Shown one piece after another: positions 1 through 14,424 of a stretch of DNA of 64,000 bases; within the stretch, counting starts at the first letter, position 1; each line of letters starts with the position of its first letter. The stretch is from Lingula anatina (Eukaryota > Animalia > Brachiopoda). The position numbers and the translations under genes are program-made. Location: the NCBI GenBank assembly GCA_051362555.1, contig CM120646.1, positions 2,294,001-2,358,000 of the forward strand, in the 5' to 3' direction. The notes under the pieces are model-generated. The model saw only the letters and a program-made list of their open reading frames with translations, was not told where the DNA came from and ran no database searches.

Positions 1-1607
1 CAGATGTGAATCTTTTTTATCACTGACGCTGAAATGTGTACATTTTTTACTATTGGTGTTTGTGAATTCTATTTCCAGTATCAGTTTATTGTACCTCTCT
101 CTTATGCTAATTATATCACCTATGATTTACACATAAGTATTAAACACTGTTTTTTTTGGGAAAAAAACGCATATTGCGTCAAGGTGCCTAGATATTCGTT
201 CAGTAAATATATGACCTAATAAAGCAACCATCATTACCTATGGTTAGTTATTGACCGATTATCGCATAATGGTAACGCGTTTAACCCATGTAAAAAGTTG
301 AAGGTAACTACAGTTCCACGAGAGAAAAGAGGCTAGACAGCAAAACAGTGTATAATGTTCTGTATGACAGCACACGCAGCTTTGGCGCAGGTGGGTGGTA
401 GCCGGTGTGACGTGACAGAGATCAATCCCCCATGATAGAGTGTCCTCCCATCCATTGAGTTTGGACCATTTAGGTCAGGTTATAATCCAAACTATTATAA
501 TTAAATGGAGGGCGGACTTTCTGTTACACGGACCCTCAGTTTTTTAAACAGGTCGTATGGGGCGCAATTGGCCTTGGAGTTGATTTTGGGTTCCACATTG
601 GTTTCACATGAGATAAAAGTTTACTAGGGCTGACGTTTCTCCCACCAACCGACCTCGTTGGCAAGTTCTTTTAGAAACCCAATGCCAAGCCCAGTTGGAA
701 CTCATGTGGTGATAGTCCCGTTATTAGTTATTAGCCCTGTTTGGACCCCTTCTTGATATGCTGACACTATTCTTAAAAGACGTGCTATAAAACCAAGTCA
801 CAAAGCATTGTGGTTTCGTGTGTCATTATCTTTAATTTTTGCTGCTGTAGTGCTCAATTACACTAATAGCATAAATGTATACCAACATAAAATTTACTGA
901 AATTTTAAAATTTGACTTAACTGTTCTAAATTTACACTCCTTATATGCTTTATATACAAAAGTGGATTTTTTGTATAGGCATGCTGACACGATTCTCAAT
1001 ACACATCCCATATAACTGTGATTTCGCTTAGACATGTGCTGAAATTTCAAATTTCGAATTAAAATTTCTAAATTTACACGCATTGTGCTTAAAATGTTAA
1101 AGTGGATTCTATGTATAAGCATGTAATATTGTTAGAAATATATACAGCAGTGTTTGTGGCACGGAATGGGCATTGCATTTTTGAAGCATAAATATATAGC
1201 CCCTAATCCAAAACCAACTTTACCAGTTGAGGATACAGACGCGGATAAAATGGCACATCTGATGCAGCGGGGGATGCAGATAAACTACTGTTCAATGGAC
1301 GCTTAGTTTTTTGTACTCACCCGTTCGTTTTTCTCTTTCCCAATTCCACTCAAGTATATGTATCACTGATGTAACAGAAAGATAGATGTCGCTAATTAAA
1401 TGTCACTAAGTATATCACGCAGTTCTATCTTATGTTTATGAGTTCAACATGAAAACAGATCCAGGGCATTTTGTGACTTTTGATCCACTTAATATGTAAA
1501 GAAGATATTGTTACAGTGGAAAAAACTGATGTTTAAGTGAGACTTGTCGTTAATGTCACCAAGTTCCGCTGTGCCCACTGCCTTCTGCCCTGCCATTAGT
1601 TTCCAGT

Positions 1608-1665
1608 CTGTTACTTGATATTGCCACGTATGATTCACGTGTGACATCACCGCTTATATAAATAC
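1608..1665 (+). promoter_or_regulatory. Conserved proximal promoter of clade-A genes (TATA box plus upstream TGCCACGT/E-box block)
   Basis: GATATTGCCACGTATGATTCACGTGTGACATCACCGCTTATATAAATAC. Near-identical copies lie 40-110 bp upstream of all six A start codons (near 17320, 24188, 28794, 35621, 40500). Confidence 0.7.
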
Positions 1666-1703
1666 AGCCCAAACTATGATTACCAAGTAACACATAAGCG
1701 ATT

Positions 1704-2855
1704 ATGGCAATAATACTGATTTTCTGTCTCGTGCTATTGAACATTGGAGTCGTGGCACCGCAAAACGAAACTGGTGATTTAGACTATTACTTGAACAAGT
1801 GCGTAACCTTGCCAGTTGAAGGGGCCAGTAAGACGAGACCGTCCGCCGAACCCGGACTGGAGGTGAGAGAGAGAGAGAGAGAGAGAGAGATTTATGATTT
1901 CTATCTATAAGGTACCTTTCCAGGGTAAATATTGCATATTGTTGGAGTGAAAATTACCGGTTCAATTTAGTTTAATCATGTGTGAAACACTGCATGCTGT
2001 TCGAATTATGTACATTTATAATAACATTAGTTTGATAATACGGAAGCATTAAAAATTCAATTGCATACGTTTTTTCATGTCACAATATAACAAAATAGGA
2101 AACCCAAACATACACAGTACTACACTGTGTATGCCTTGTCTTCAGAAAGACGTCTAAAGAAACTTAGGACTTGTATGAAGAGGGTTTAAACCGTAAAATA
2201 TACCCCTCTAGAAAGAGAGAAAAAGTATCACCCTTAATACAATGCGTCAAGTGATTAAGAATGTTCATGTCTGCCATTAACCAATAATTTTTATTCAATT
2301 TAATTGATTGTACAATTAATGCATGAACTCATGATAGTAAAAAGGTCACAGTTAATTATTTTCTACAGTATTCCCTGGATTGGGTGATGGGCCTGACCCG
2401 TCTGCGCGTGGAATTAAAAACTTTTTTAGACTTCAATTGAAGACTGCAATTATATTCTGAAATACATTCATATTTCATTTCATTCCTTTTTTCCGTAACA
2501 GTCGCGTCACATTAATCACGAAAAGTAAATTTACATACTCATTCTGTCTGCAAAGATGCAGGTAAGCACGTTGGCAATAAAAGCCGATAAAAAGCATATA
2601 TGTATATAATTTGTTTTTATTCCATCCAGCACAAAACAAATGGTAGTTTAATCCTCTGTCTAGCCAGTCACCATTTAAATTGCGGGAAACCAAACATATC
2701 AATAAAAAGGTAAAAAACTGCAATCGTCCTTGATCAGTTTACCGTGTACCTGTGTTGCCACTATAGATTGAACGGGGAGAAAATGCCTATTTACATTTCA
2801 AAAACTTATTAAAAGTTGAACTAGAGCCAAAATATCCCTCACTACGACTACTAAC

Positions 2856-2892
<37 letters not shown>

Positions 2893-3585
2893 ACAAACAC
2901 ACGCACGCACAAACACAAACAAACATAAACAAACGTTCAAACAAACACGCACACACATAAACACACATCAAAGTAGAGTAGAACGGGGTCTTCTCGTTCT
3001 ACCTACGGATTTTGTTTCAGACACAGCCTTTTATTTAGATGCAAAGTTCTGAAATCCAAGATGGTTGATCATAAAATATATTCTTAGTTACTTTTGATGT
3101 ACTACAGGGTGAAATTTACAGTAGATTCTTCATTTAAGTCTTGTGCATAAAACCAACTTCCGTATTTCACACAGACATAAAATAAAAGCTTAGGATCTAA
3201 GTTATCAGAAAAAATTAGTAAATGAATCTTCAACCGTTCTTTCTTCTTTATAGTTAGTTTTTCCGTGTATATACACTGACCAGCATACATTGACAAGGTG
3301 CATGTGTCATTAACCAGTAAAGGGGACTAAAACATTTCCTTTAACCTCTGTTTTAGTGCCCAAGTTTCCGAAAAAGATCCTGCTGCAATGTGAATGCAGT
3401 TGCAAATTTCCTGGAAAACCATGTTTGGAATGAGATAGCCAATTACGCCCAATGTCCTCAGAAACCGCGCCTTTCTCCGGAGTGTGAGAGACTAACATTT
3501 GAACAGATTTGCTTCTATGCCTGTTCACCAAACCTGGGACCATGGATCGATAGATATCTAGTATGTACTAACCTTTGATGAACTG

Positions 3586-3628
<43 letters not shown>

Positions 3629-4528
3629 GACTCTCTCTCTCTCATATCAACAAATATTTTTATCATTTTTTCCAGCATTTCGATGTCTTATATAACTTGC
3701 CTCTGTGTGCCAGTCAGTGTAACAAGTGGTGGGACGCTTGCAAAGAGGAATACACTTGTCACAGGAACTGGCTGGCTGACATGGACTGGAGCGTCGAGGG
3801 TGAGTGACGTCATCTGGAGAAAAGGTGGTTGTGTGGGAGTATACAAGTAGCACCGGTAGCAATTTAGATCTACTTGATGATTGGCCATATCTTGGAGAAA
3901 GTAGTCTGAAAACTTAATTTCGTTAATGCCTCCCTAAATATGTTTTTCTGTTTCATTTGTTTGATTATTTTTATTTGATTGCATTAAATAAAATTAAACA
4001 TTTATACACATGTGAAATTGACTTTAACCTGTTGCTGTTATTCTTTGACTATAGTATTTGCTAGAGTGCCATTCCAGTTTATAATGTCTTTATTCCTGTA
4101 TTTGGATATAACGTTTAACGGAAGGTCAGAGCATTTTTTAAAAATAATGTGAGCTTTTAAAATGTTCACTGCTGCCGCAGAATCAGGTGCATTTCTACAT
4201 ATATGCTACCTAGGTATATGCACCACTGTACGGTGTCATCTACATATATTTAATTTTATTGCTTTATTTTGACATTCTTAACTTCTAAATTTGAAAATAT
4301 AAAAAAATTCCAGGGTTGAACACCTGCAAAGAAGGCTCGGTGTGTAGGAAATACACGGAGGTTTACAATTCCTCCATCGACTTCTGCAACACTGTTTTCA
4401 ATGGCGCCTACAAGGTGGTCCCAGACTCGGAACCCTGCATGGTGTTCACCTTCGACACCTCGAAACCAAACCCAAATACAGCAGTGGCCCGTGAAGCTGC
4501 GAAGAAAAAGGCTGCAATGGTGGTGTGA
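1704..4528 (+). CDS. Folate receptor / riboflavin-binding protein-like, copy A1 (predicted secreted, 233 aa)
   Basis: Exons 1704-1862, 3357-3560, 3676-3799, 4314-4528, all GT-AG, sum 702 nt in frame. Signal peptide MAIILIFCLVLLNIGVVA. Family motifs SCC, CFYACSPNLGPWI (FOLR1 CLYECSPNLGPWI), LPLCASQCNKWWDACKEEYTCHRNW, PNPNTAVAR. 16 Cys in the mature domain. No hydrophobic C-tail. Confidence 0.93.
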
Positions 4529-6143
4529 ATCGTTATTCCTAGAACTCTCAAATCCAAACTGACTAAAAATAACTAGTAAATAACCTTACTTTCTAATTGT
4601 AGTGAATGATCTTGCCCTGTAATGTGAACAAAATATATCATGATTGTTGATCATACTGATGACGTGTTTGCTTAGCGTTGCAAAACACCCACATAACAAA
4701 ATCAGCATATTATAAAGACAACACATTGACTTCAAATCAGGGGCGTTTAAAGAGATCGTCCCCATTGCGCTCTGAAATAATGAACATTTGATATAATAAT
4801 ATATATTAAATAAAAACATGGCTGGCTTCGAGTCTGTTGGTGTCTGATTTCTTCTCCATGAAATCAAAATGCCGTTTGACAATATATATATTCTGTGGCA
4901 ATTAGCGATTACAGGCAGGCACAGGATATTCCTGTGCATATAAAAATATGGCGCCATTTACTGCTATATTCTTACTCTGCTTTTTTTGCCATCAGCTTTT
5001 GTTTGAACCATATCATCATGTGCAACTCAGTGGACATTCCAGCTGTTGCTGCGGTTATTGAATGTAATCAACAACAAAATCCTGCATCTAAGTTGAACCT
5101 TTACTTGTTCACGCACTCTGCAAAATAATGTAATGTAGTGCATTATAGTGGTGAAACTAAAAATAAAAAGAAAGAGATTTATTTCCTATAATGGAATAAT
5201 TAATAGCAAAACACTGAAATTATTTGGCAAATTAAGTTTTAACAGCAGCATAGGACGTCCAGGAGAAAACGGGATTGTCTAAAACAATATCAAAATTATC
5301 TAAAAGAATCATCTTGTACATGCAACTACCGATATAAAGAATCGTGACTTTATCAATCAGTTCTTATTTCACAGCCTAAATGTGATGACTATTTACTAGT
5401 ATCATCCACATTGATATAAATAAACAAATAGTGTTATTTGTTATTCAGGAGCAATATAAAAAATAATACAAAAAGTTCCATATATCTACTTAATTACGAA
5501 CTGAGGAGCATGGCCTGGTCGTGCCCTATACAAGTTTTATAACTTTTGGCGACCAATACTACTCAAATATTCATAAACTAACGATATCGACATTGCGTTA
5601 GATGAGACGTACTGATGTCGACAACAACAGCAATCTAGGAACACATTTAAAACAGCAGAAGATCACAAAATAAGTTTATGCTTCCCTCTTTTGTGTGGGT
5701 AATGCGCCGTAAGAACATAACCAGGTGACTTATTTGGATCACTGTCAAAATCCAAATGGATGGCAGGATTTTTAGAGACCTGTTATTTGGCAGCGATTAT
5801 TTCAACCGTGATCCGATTCGCTATTTATTTAGGTAATGACCGCTCAATTACATTTTTTAAATATCCTTTGTTATTTATTGGGGGTCTTATTAGAGCAATA
5901 TATTTCAATAAAAATTTTCAAATCCTTAATCAAAAGAGGCATTCATATTATAGCATTAATATTGTGTTTCACATATCATCTGGGAAAGACATGTTCTGGA
6001 ACATATACCCAACTTTTAAGGGCGGGTGTCTGCAATGCTTTATTAAGTTGTCAATCAATCAGAGCCTGATGGCACACTACGAGACTTAAAGGAAACCCTT
6101 GTTGATACAGGGGTCAACGTGCGTACGCGTAGACTTATCAAAA

Positions 6144-6367
6144 ATGGCACAGACAAAGCCAGATATATTTTCAACGGCTCAGAGTGAGTCTGAAGTTGAC
6201 AAGTTCATTTTGGATTACTTGCAACCAGATGAAGACTTTTCCCGTGCCTGCGGCGTGGCCGTCGACAGATTGGTTCGGTATCTGCAAACAGAAATGCCCA
6301 TTGATGTTCGTTCAGTGATAAAGGTACATATTTATTCCAGGTTTGTTTTACCAGCTCTCTCTTTTTT

Positions 6368-6408
<41 letters not shown>

Positions 6409-8527
6409 GGCTACTTTAGGTGTGGGATTGGTTTTGATTAATTAAGATCACATAAACTTGTTTAATGAATCAAGTCATCGTTGTTTCTCTTTCTCTCATA
6501 TAGGACAAATACAATTCAATGTAAAGGGGCGGTGTCTGATAAACATTGCCGTGATAAGACATTAGTGGTATGGATAAGGCTTATCAACGACATTTGTATT
6601 GTTTTATTGTTATAATTTTATTGGGACTAAAACCATGTGTACCGCCAGCGCCTAGACTGGTGGTACAATAAACGTCAACAAACCAAAATAGAAAGTAACG
6701 TTTCATACTTCTAAAAAAAACTTTGGGTATTGTAAGTACCAAAACGGTAGTTAATTCACCATGTATCAAATAGGCTTACTACATGCACTTTGTCGAAGAA
6801 ATTATAAAGACAATAAATAAATGATAGATTTATAAGTTAATGAGTATTACAATATTTTCTTCAAGGGAGGATCGCTGGGGAAAGGCACGGCGCTGAGAGA
6901 TAAGTCTGACATAGACTGCGTGGTTTTTATTAATTATGTCGGAGATCTTCGATCGCCCATACTAGCCATGAGCGGTCACTGGTTGCAGGAAACCATTGAC
7001 AAGATAAGGCATTGCCTCGGAAATCGGAACCCTCTACCCGAGTTCGAGGTTGTTGGCAAGACGAGGCATGCCGTGAAACTTCGATACAAGAGGGGCTCTT
7101 TTACCTGTGACGTTGATCTGCTACCTGCCATAGATATTTTGAGTAAAGGTTTGTCAGAATACCCAGCCTAGGTTTTGAGGAATTATTATTACAATCATCT
7201 CATCACCACTTATGGTCCATTAAAACAAAATCATATCCGACCACAGCTTTGAACAGCTTTAAACATCAAGGCTTGTCTTTGTTTTTTTTTCAAAAAGCTT
7301 TATTATTTTCTATTCAAGGTACACAAAAGTATTTGGTGCAAAGACAGATGCGGGAGTTTTGTATTTATATCTGCTGTAGACCGCATGCTTTCTTTGTGTT
7401 TGTTTTTTCACAAATCAAAAGATGATATGTACTCTTTACCAGGTTCGCTGCAAGAAGTGTATGATGCAATGGAAGCAGCCTCTCCATCCCAGCGTGAGTA
7501 TTACTCAGCTCCATTGGTACAGCTACAAGTAGATTTCGTAAAACATCAAGAAACGACGGTAAAGGACCTGATTCGTTTTGTCAAATACTGGAGAAAGGAA
7601 TGCTTTCAGGTGAGAACTGTCACAGTAAAGAGTAAGGTGGGCAATGTTATCGGGGCTTTGGGATCCGGGGAAGGTCGGGGATATTATTTGTATTGCTTTT
7701 CCCTATCATGATTTTAAAAAGATGCCCCTAAACAGTTATGTCAGTCTACTGCCCTGACAACAATCAGCATTGCACTTTTGTGCGGGGTAAATCTAGCCTT
7801 ACTAAATTAAGCCAACCTGCATTGCAGATTTATCCGGTCGGTGTGTACAGACATATGTCACTTTTAAATAGAAGACTAATGTCTGTTTTCATGATTATGA
7901 TGTATGAATATATATATATATAAGGAGCCGGGACATGCCATATCCTCCCATTGCAATGAACACAACGCCTCATTTTATTTGTCAGGAAAGCACCAATATT
8001 AGGCTGCCGTCCTCCTATCTCCTGGAGCTTCTTTGTATCAAGGTTTGGGAAAGGACGGGGAGACCCTCGTCAATTGACAAAAGACAAGGGTTAAAGGCTG
8101 TGATGTGGCTACTGACTAAACCCCTTTACCTTTGCGTGGAGTGGTCGAAAAATTATAAGATCAGCAGTTACCCACTTCATCCCACTATTGAGTATGTATT
8201 GAATTCCACTTTTTCCCCAGAAAACCTCATATTACATTTTATTCTTGAATGGAAATATCTGTAAAATCTATAGAATAAGAAGACACGAAATATTTGTGCT
8301 ACGAATATATTTCATAAGAACCACATTTCTCTTGCAGCCGGCAGCTGCTGGTTCGAGATCCTGCCAACCCATTCAATGACCTGTGCGGTGGTTTCAATGA
8401 GTCCAGCTGGGGTGCAATAGGTTACGTGAAGAACAAAACTTTAAGAAATCTATTGTGCTATGGACTGCACATGCATCCACCTTGGGCAAGGAAATATATA
8501 TTTGGTTACTGGGAAACAACAGAGTAG
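6144..8527 (+). CDS. OAS: 2'-5'-oligoadenylate synthetase-like nucleotidyltransferase, copy 1 (341 aa)
   Basis: Exons 6144-6323, 6866-7148, 7443-7609, 7986-8191, 8338-8527, sum 1026 nt in frame. Motifs VIK|GGSLGKGTALRDKSDIDCVVF (OAS P-loop plus DxD), DVDLLPAIDIL (third Asp), LQVDFVK..KDLIRFVKYW, LPSSYLLELL, VRDPANPFND (cf. OAS1 ILDPADPTGN). Confidence 0.92.
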
Positions 8528-8926
8528 ACAACAATATTGAATTCAGAAGAAATAAGGCACCATAATCGCGATGCATGTACGTTCATCTTGCAATCAAAGA
8601 TATAATATAATATAATATAATATAATATAATATAATATATGCGTTATGTGCATTTTTTATATGCAGGCATTTTTACAAATTCTACGAAAACGAAAGCAAT
8701 CTTCGTGGCTAATATATTCATGGAGAATATATACATTCATAAACTTATCACAATTAACAACATTGAAAAACACGGGTTTTTAGAATCAAACGACTAATAC
8801 ACTGTGACATAAACAGTCAAAAACTGATCGAATCAGACATACATACCGTTGTAAGTTAAAAGGCCACGTTAGATTAGAACACTACATGTGGAGTATTCTA
8901 GTTGGCAGTTTTTGTTGATATACATA

Positions 8927-9095
8927 TATGTGTGTGTATCCGTTGTGTGTGTCCTGTGTGTGTGTGTATGCGTGTGTGTGTGTGTCCGCTGTGTGTGTGT
9001 GTGAGTGTGTGTGTGTGTGTGTGTATGTATGTGTGTGTGTGTATCCGCTGTGTGTGTGTGTGTGTGTGTCCTGTGTGTGTGTGTGTGTGTGTATG
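8927..9095. repeat. Interrupted (GT)n microsatellite
   Basis: Directly visible. Confidence 0.95.
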
Positions 9096-10268
9096 CGTGC
9101 TCTTGTGCACGCATTCTAACCGAGGACACACACCCGCCCGAAACCCACTAACCGAGGACACACCTCCAACCGAGGACGTCCTCGGTTGACATAAGCAGTG
9201 GAATGCATAAAGGGGCCCATTTCAAGTTAGGTGGTGAAATTTGACGCTATTCTGAGCCAGTCCTCGGTTATGCTGTATAGCGCGGGCCAAGTTCCCGCCA
9301 CGAGTGTATCAGAAATACTGTCCAACTTTTTGTCTGAAATCGGGCTATACACACGCGTCCTCGGTTGTGCTGTAAAGGGCGGACCAAATTCCGCGTCCTC
9401 GGTTGTGCTGTAAAGGGCAGACTAAACTGAAACTAATGTTATATCTCAGATGTCTATATATTCAGTAAGTTCATATTTTTAAACTAAAGGTCTTTTTTAT
9501 CAAATTAAGCTCTCCTACTCTGAAGTATCAAAAAACGTACCGGTACGTTAATTAATTTTCCAAATTTCTTCCCGCCGGTACGCTCCATTTTCACCCAGTA
9601 GCCTACGCTTATTAATTTTTCAAAAATCTTCCACCCGGTATGTTTATTAAATACCTATTGTACCGGTGGGAAATTACACATGTACAAGTCACGCTTTTTA
9701 TTTTCTTAAATTGAAGTATAATGAGAAGAAAATCGAGATCTCAACTCATTACCTACTGTTCCACAAACAGCACTGGAAAGTAGGTCAAGCGGAAGTCGCT
9801 CTCTGAACACAACAGTACATGCGTCACCTGATTTCAGTTTCTATAAATAGACGTGCTTTCCCTTCAGCAGTGACAACTACTCATGTATATCGATCGAATG
9901 ATGCAATGTGGCAAGGTGATAGGATCATATTTATAGCTAAGGAGGTCATTTCAAGTGCAGCAAAGAAGTTGTGTCTGTTTTCAAACGTCAATTATTTCAT
10001 GCCGATTTATGATTTAAACGATGTTAAATCACATTTCTATGTAAGATAAACCCTTAGGAGTTTACAGGTATGCAAAACGAACCTTATATCTGAGAATAAA
10101 TTTACTAGTATGAACCGTATGGCTCTCGGAGGCGGCTTAGGTGCGATATATCTGGGTCTTCGGCCCCTGACAATTATGAAATTTAACTCATCCCGTTTTT
10201 AAGATAAATTTTAATACTGAGTGAATTTTACCTGGTGATTTTTTTTTTTACAATGATCAATAGCTAGC

Positions 10269-12053
10269 TTTTTATGTACAGACACAGATGTGTCTGTACA
10301 TATAGCCGTCATCTGCGTCTGTCGTCGCCGTCGCTGTCGCCGTCGTCGCCGTTGCCGTGCACTTTTACCGATAACACGATAAGTGGAAAACTGTTTTTTC
10401 TTTTGGCTTGAAACTTACAGAACTGATGAATATTCGTAATACGCAGGTCAAGTTCGAAAATCAGCATGATCGAATTTATGCTGTTTTTTTCACTTTTTTC
10501 AGCATATATGCAGCACCGATAACACGATAAGTGGAAAACCATTTTACCTTTTGGTTTCAAACTTACAGAACTGATGAATATTCATAATACGCAGGTCAAG
10601 TTTGAAAATCAGCGTGATTGGGTCATTTTTAGGGAAGTTATGCTGTTTTTCACTTTTTTCAGCATGTATGCAACACCTTTGTGCTATATGATGGTACTGT
10701 ATGGATGGCAGTCTATAAAATTGTCCCTTGGGTGATCACTAATTAAATTAAGGTCTATAAAGTCACTTGCCTACTCATTAATTTTCAATTGGCCATTAAA
10801 TGAGATTACATAAAACACTCCTTGAGATTTCCCTGTAAAGTCCCATAGGTTTAGCTCTCTTAACTGTGTCACAAAATTAGGATTTGGTGATAATTTTGCA
10901 GATAAATGGTGTTAAACATTGCAAATAAATTTACAACAAAAAGAATGTGTTATGCCAACATGCTATAGATGAATAACAGTGCTTTATTTTTCTCAAACTT
11001 GGTGGGGTTATTAATATCAAGTTAATACAGCTAGATTAAAAGTTTGAATAGCACCTTTATTGGAATTTTTTACGTTTTTTTTTTAAATTTTTTTAAAATT
11101 ATTTTTCAAACACTAGCATCTTCAAGATGTGATTTTTTACTCCCATCCACCAGAAGTGCTGTGCATTTTCTGTATTTTTGTATATAATTGTTATTTCTTC
11201 AGATTTAATTCTTAGGCATGTTAACAGTCTCATTATGGAACTAATAAGATATGTAAAAGTATTGTTTTGACATTTTCTGCTTCTTAACAATATTGTTGAT
11301 TATATAAAAATGACGGTAAACCTGTTATAATATTGTGCATTGTGTAATAAAGTATCATAAATGGAAAGGAACTCATCATTGCAGTTTGTCAGATTTAATC
11401 ATTCACTATGTTCAGCATCTGCAAATGGAGCAAATTGGACATTGAAAATTGTTCTATTGATAGTTTTCCTATGTCAACAATTTTCCTAGTTGAACATTTA
11501 AAAATGACAGTTTATTGATCATTTTGTTTTAAAAAAGGTGTTGAAAATGGAAAGAAAATCATTTCAGTACAGTTATCTCTTGTTTACATTTTGGCATTTT
11601 GAAAGTGTGACTCTGAACTTCCATGGCCTTGAAGACCTTCCCAAATCACATTTTCTGAATATTCATGATACTTTTATTTTTTTATAAAAAATTTGATGGT
11701 CATTATGCTGTTAAGTATTATGGTTTATTGCATGAAAGTTGAAGAAAACCCTATTTTGGACACTGCTGCCAGGATAGCGGTTAAGGGAAAACCATGTTAC
11801 TTACGATACTGAAACTTACTGAAAAGTTTCATAAGACAGAAGTGCAGCTTGTGTTTGAAAACCAGTGTGATTGTTTTCTGTTTTGGAGGCAATGCAGGTT
11901 TATAGAGTGCTATACTGGCATTTTGAAGTCGTGACTTATCACTCCCATCTGCCAGGAGCCCTGTACTCTTACTTTGTAACATTTTCTGTATTTTGTTAAG
12001 TTACAAGAATGATTCTTAGGATTGACATACAGCAAAAAAAAAAAAAAAATTAA

Positions 12054-12111
<58 letters not shown>

Positions 12112-14383
12112 TTTAATGAGTTTAAGCAATTTTTTTTGTGTTTAATTTTCACTGTACCTCATTCTGGCATTTCCAAAGTTTAACTCTTATCAGCCTGACA
12201 CCTTAGGGACTATTTCCAGACCCTATCACGCTAACTGTGGATCGATCTATCTCCATGGGAATTCTCGCTAAATTGCAATCAATGTAAGTGGCTTAGTTGT
12301 CTGTCACGCCTACTGAAACTGGCATGCCAGAATCCTAAGACTCTCAAACTGAAAGCAATTTAGTGAGAAACCCCTTGGAGTTGGATTGATCCTGTTAGAT
12401 TGATCTAGGTATGGGAACTTAGTCTAATGCTTGATACACATTTTACTTTCATCCTAATCCAATGTTATGCAGAATAAGAATTTGATTTTGGCTATGCATT
12501 TACAGTTAGCATAATACATTAGTTCATCAGAGTTGACAGTATCCTATTTCCTGCGTTTTTATTTTCTGGTTTTTGTCTGTACATTTGACAGCTTTGCTGC
12601 CTTGTTTCTTTCTCTTCTTCTTCTTTACTTTTATTTATTTATTTCATTTTTTTTTTTTGGGGGGGGGGGGGGGACCGGTGTAAAGGTTTTTTCCACCCAG
12701 TATTTTTATTCCATCCAGTACTTTTATTAAATTTCGAGATTTTTTCCACCCAGTACTTTTATTCCATCAGTACTTTTATCAAATTTTGAGATTTTTTCCA
12801 CCCAGTACTTTTATTCCATCAGTACTTTTATTCGATACTTCAGAGTAGGCTTTTCATAAAACTCACAGAACTGATGATTATAAGTAAAAGAATGGTCAAG
12901 ATTGAAAATCAGCATGGCCAGGCCCTTTTCTTTCAAATGTTATGCTGTTTTTTTTTTTTTTCAGCATATAAGTAACACTGTAAGCACATTTCAGGGAGAA
13001 CCAATAAGCCTGTTTTCATGAAACTCACAGGAGTAATCAATGTTATCTATATACAAATCAAGTTTAAAAATAAGATTGATTGGTTGAGTTTTGAGGGACT
13101 TCAGCTTTTATTTGTATATAAGTGGTTTTCCTCAGATTTGATTGTCAGGCATGTTGACAGTTTCGTTATTGAACTAACTAGATATGTAAATATGTTAGTG
13201 TTTGTCTGAAATTTTCTGCATCTTTACAACATTGCTAGTTGATTAAATAAATATGACGGTAAACATGTTATCATGTACTGTGTAATACAGTGTCTCAAAA
13301 TGGAGGAAATGGGGTGATTATTTTCAAAAGTTTTGCATTTTTTTTCTCCTTTTTTCAGTGTACATGCAACACTGTAAACACACTTCAAGGAGAACCAATA
13401 GGCCTGTTTTCATGAAACTCAGAGAACTGATGATTATTAGTAAATTAAAAAGAATGATCAAGATTGAAAATCAGCATGACCAGGCCCTTTTCTTTCAAAT
13501 GTTATGCTGGTTTTTTTTCAGCATATATGTAACACTGTAAGCACATTTCAAGGAGAACCAATAAGCCTGTTTTCATGAAACTCACAAAACTGATGATTAT
13601 TAGTAAAAGAATGGTCAACATTGAAAATCAGCATGACCAGGCCCTTTTCTTTCAAATGTTATGCTGTTTTTTTAAGCATATAAGTAACACTGTAAGCACA
13701 TTTCAGGAAGAACCAATAACTTAAAGCCTGTTTTCATGAAACTCACAGAACTGATTATTATGAGTAAAAGAATGGTCAAAATTGAAAATCAGCATGACCA
13801 GGCCCTTTTTTTTCAAATGTTATGCTGTTTTTTTTTTTCAGCATATACATGTAAGTAACACTGTAAGCACATTTCTGGGAGAACCGATAGGCCTGTTGTC
13901 ATTAAACTCACAAGAGTGATCAATGTTATATATATACAAATCAAATTTAAAAATAAGATAGATTGGTTGAGTTCTGAGGGACTTCAGCTTTTATTTGTAT
14001 ATAAGTGGTTTTCCTCAGATTTGATTGTCAGGCATGTTGACAGTTTCGTTATTGAATTAACTAGATATGTAAATATGTTAGTGTTTCTCTGAAATTTTCT
14101 GCATCTTTACAACATTGCTAGTTGATTATATAAATATGACGGTAAACATGTTATCATGTACTGTGTAATACAGTGTCACAAAATGGAGGAAATGGGGTGA
14201 TTATTTTCAAAAGTTTTGCATTTTTTCTCCTTTTTTCAGTGTACATGCAACACTGTTAACATATTTCAAGGAGAACCAATAAGCCTGTTTTCATGAAACT
14301 CACAGAACTGATGATTATTAGTAAAAGAATGGTCAAGATTGAAAATCAGCAAGACCAGGCCCTTTTCTTTCAAATGTTATGCT

Positions 14384-14424
<41 letters not shown>

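Noticed and set aside
540-805. Possible SINE-like repeat
   Set aside because: Only vague resemblance; no clear A/B boxes or target-site duplication.
6144-8527. Calling the nucleotidyltransferases cGAS/cGLR or bacterial CD-NTase (CBASS)
   Set aside because: The motifs (GGS.GKGT.L...SD.D, LIR.VK.W, YLLELL, DPANP) and spliceosomal introns fit the metazoan OAS family.
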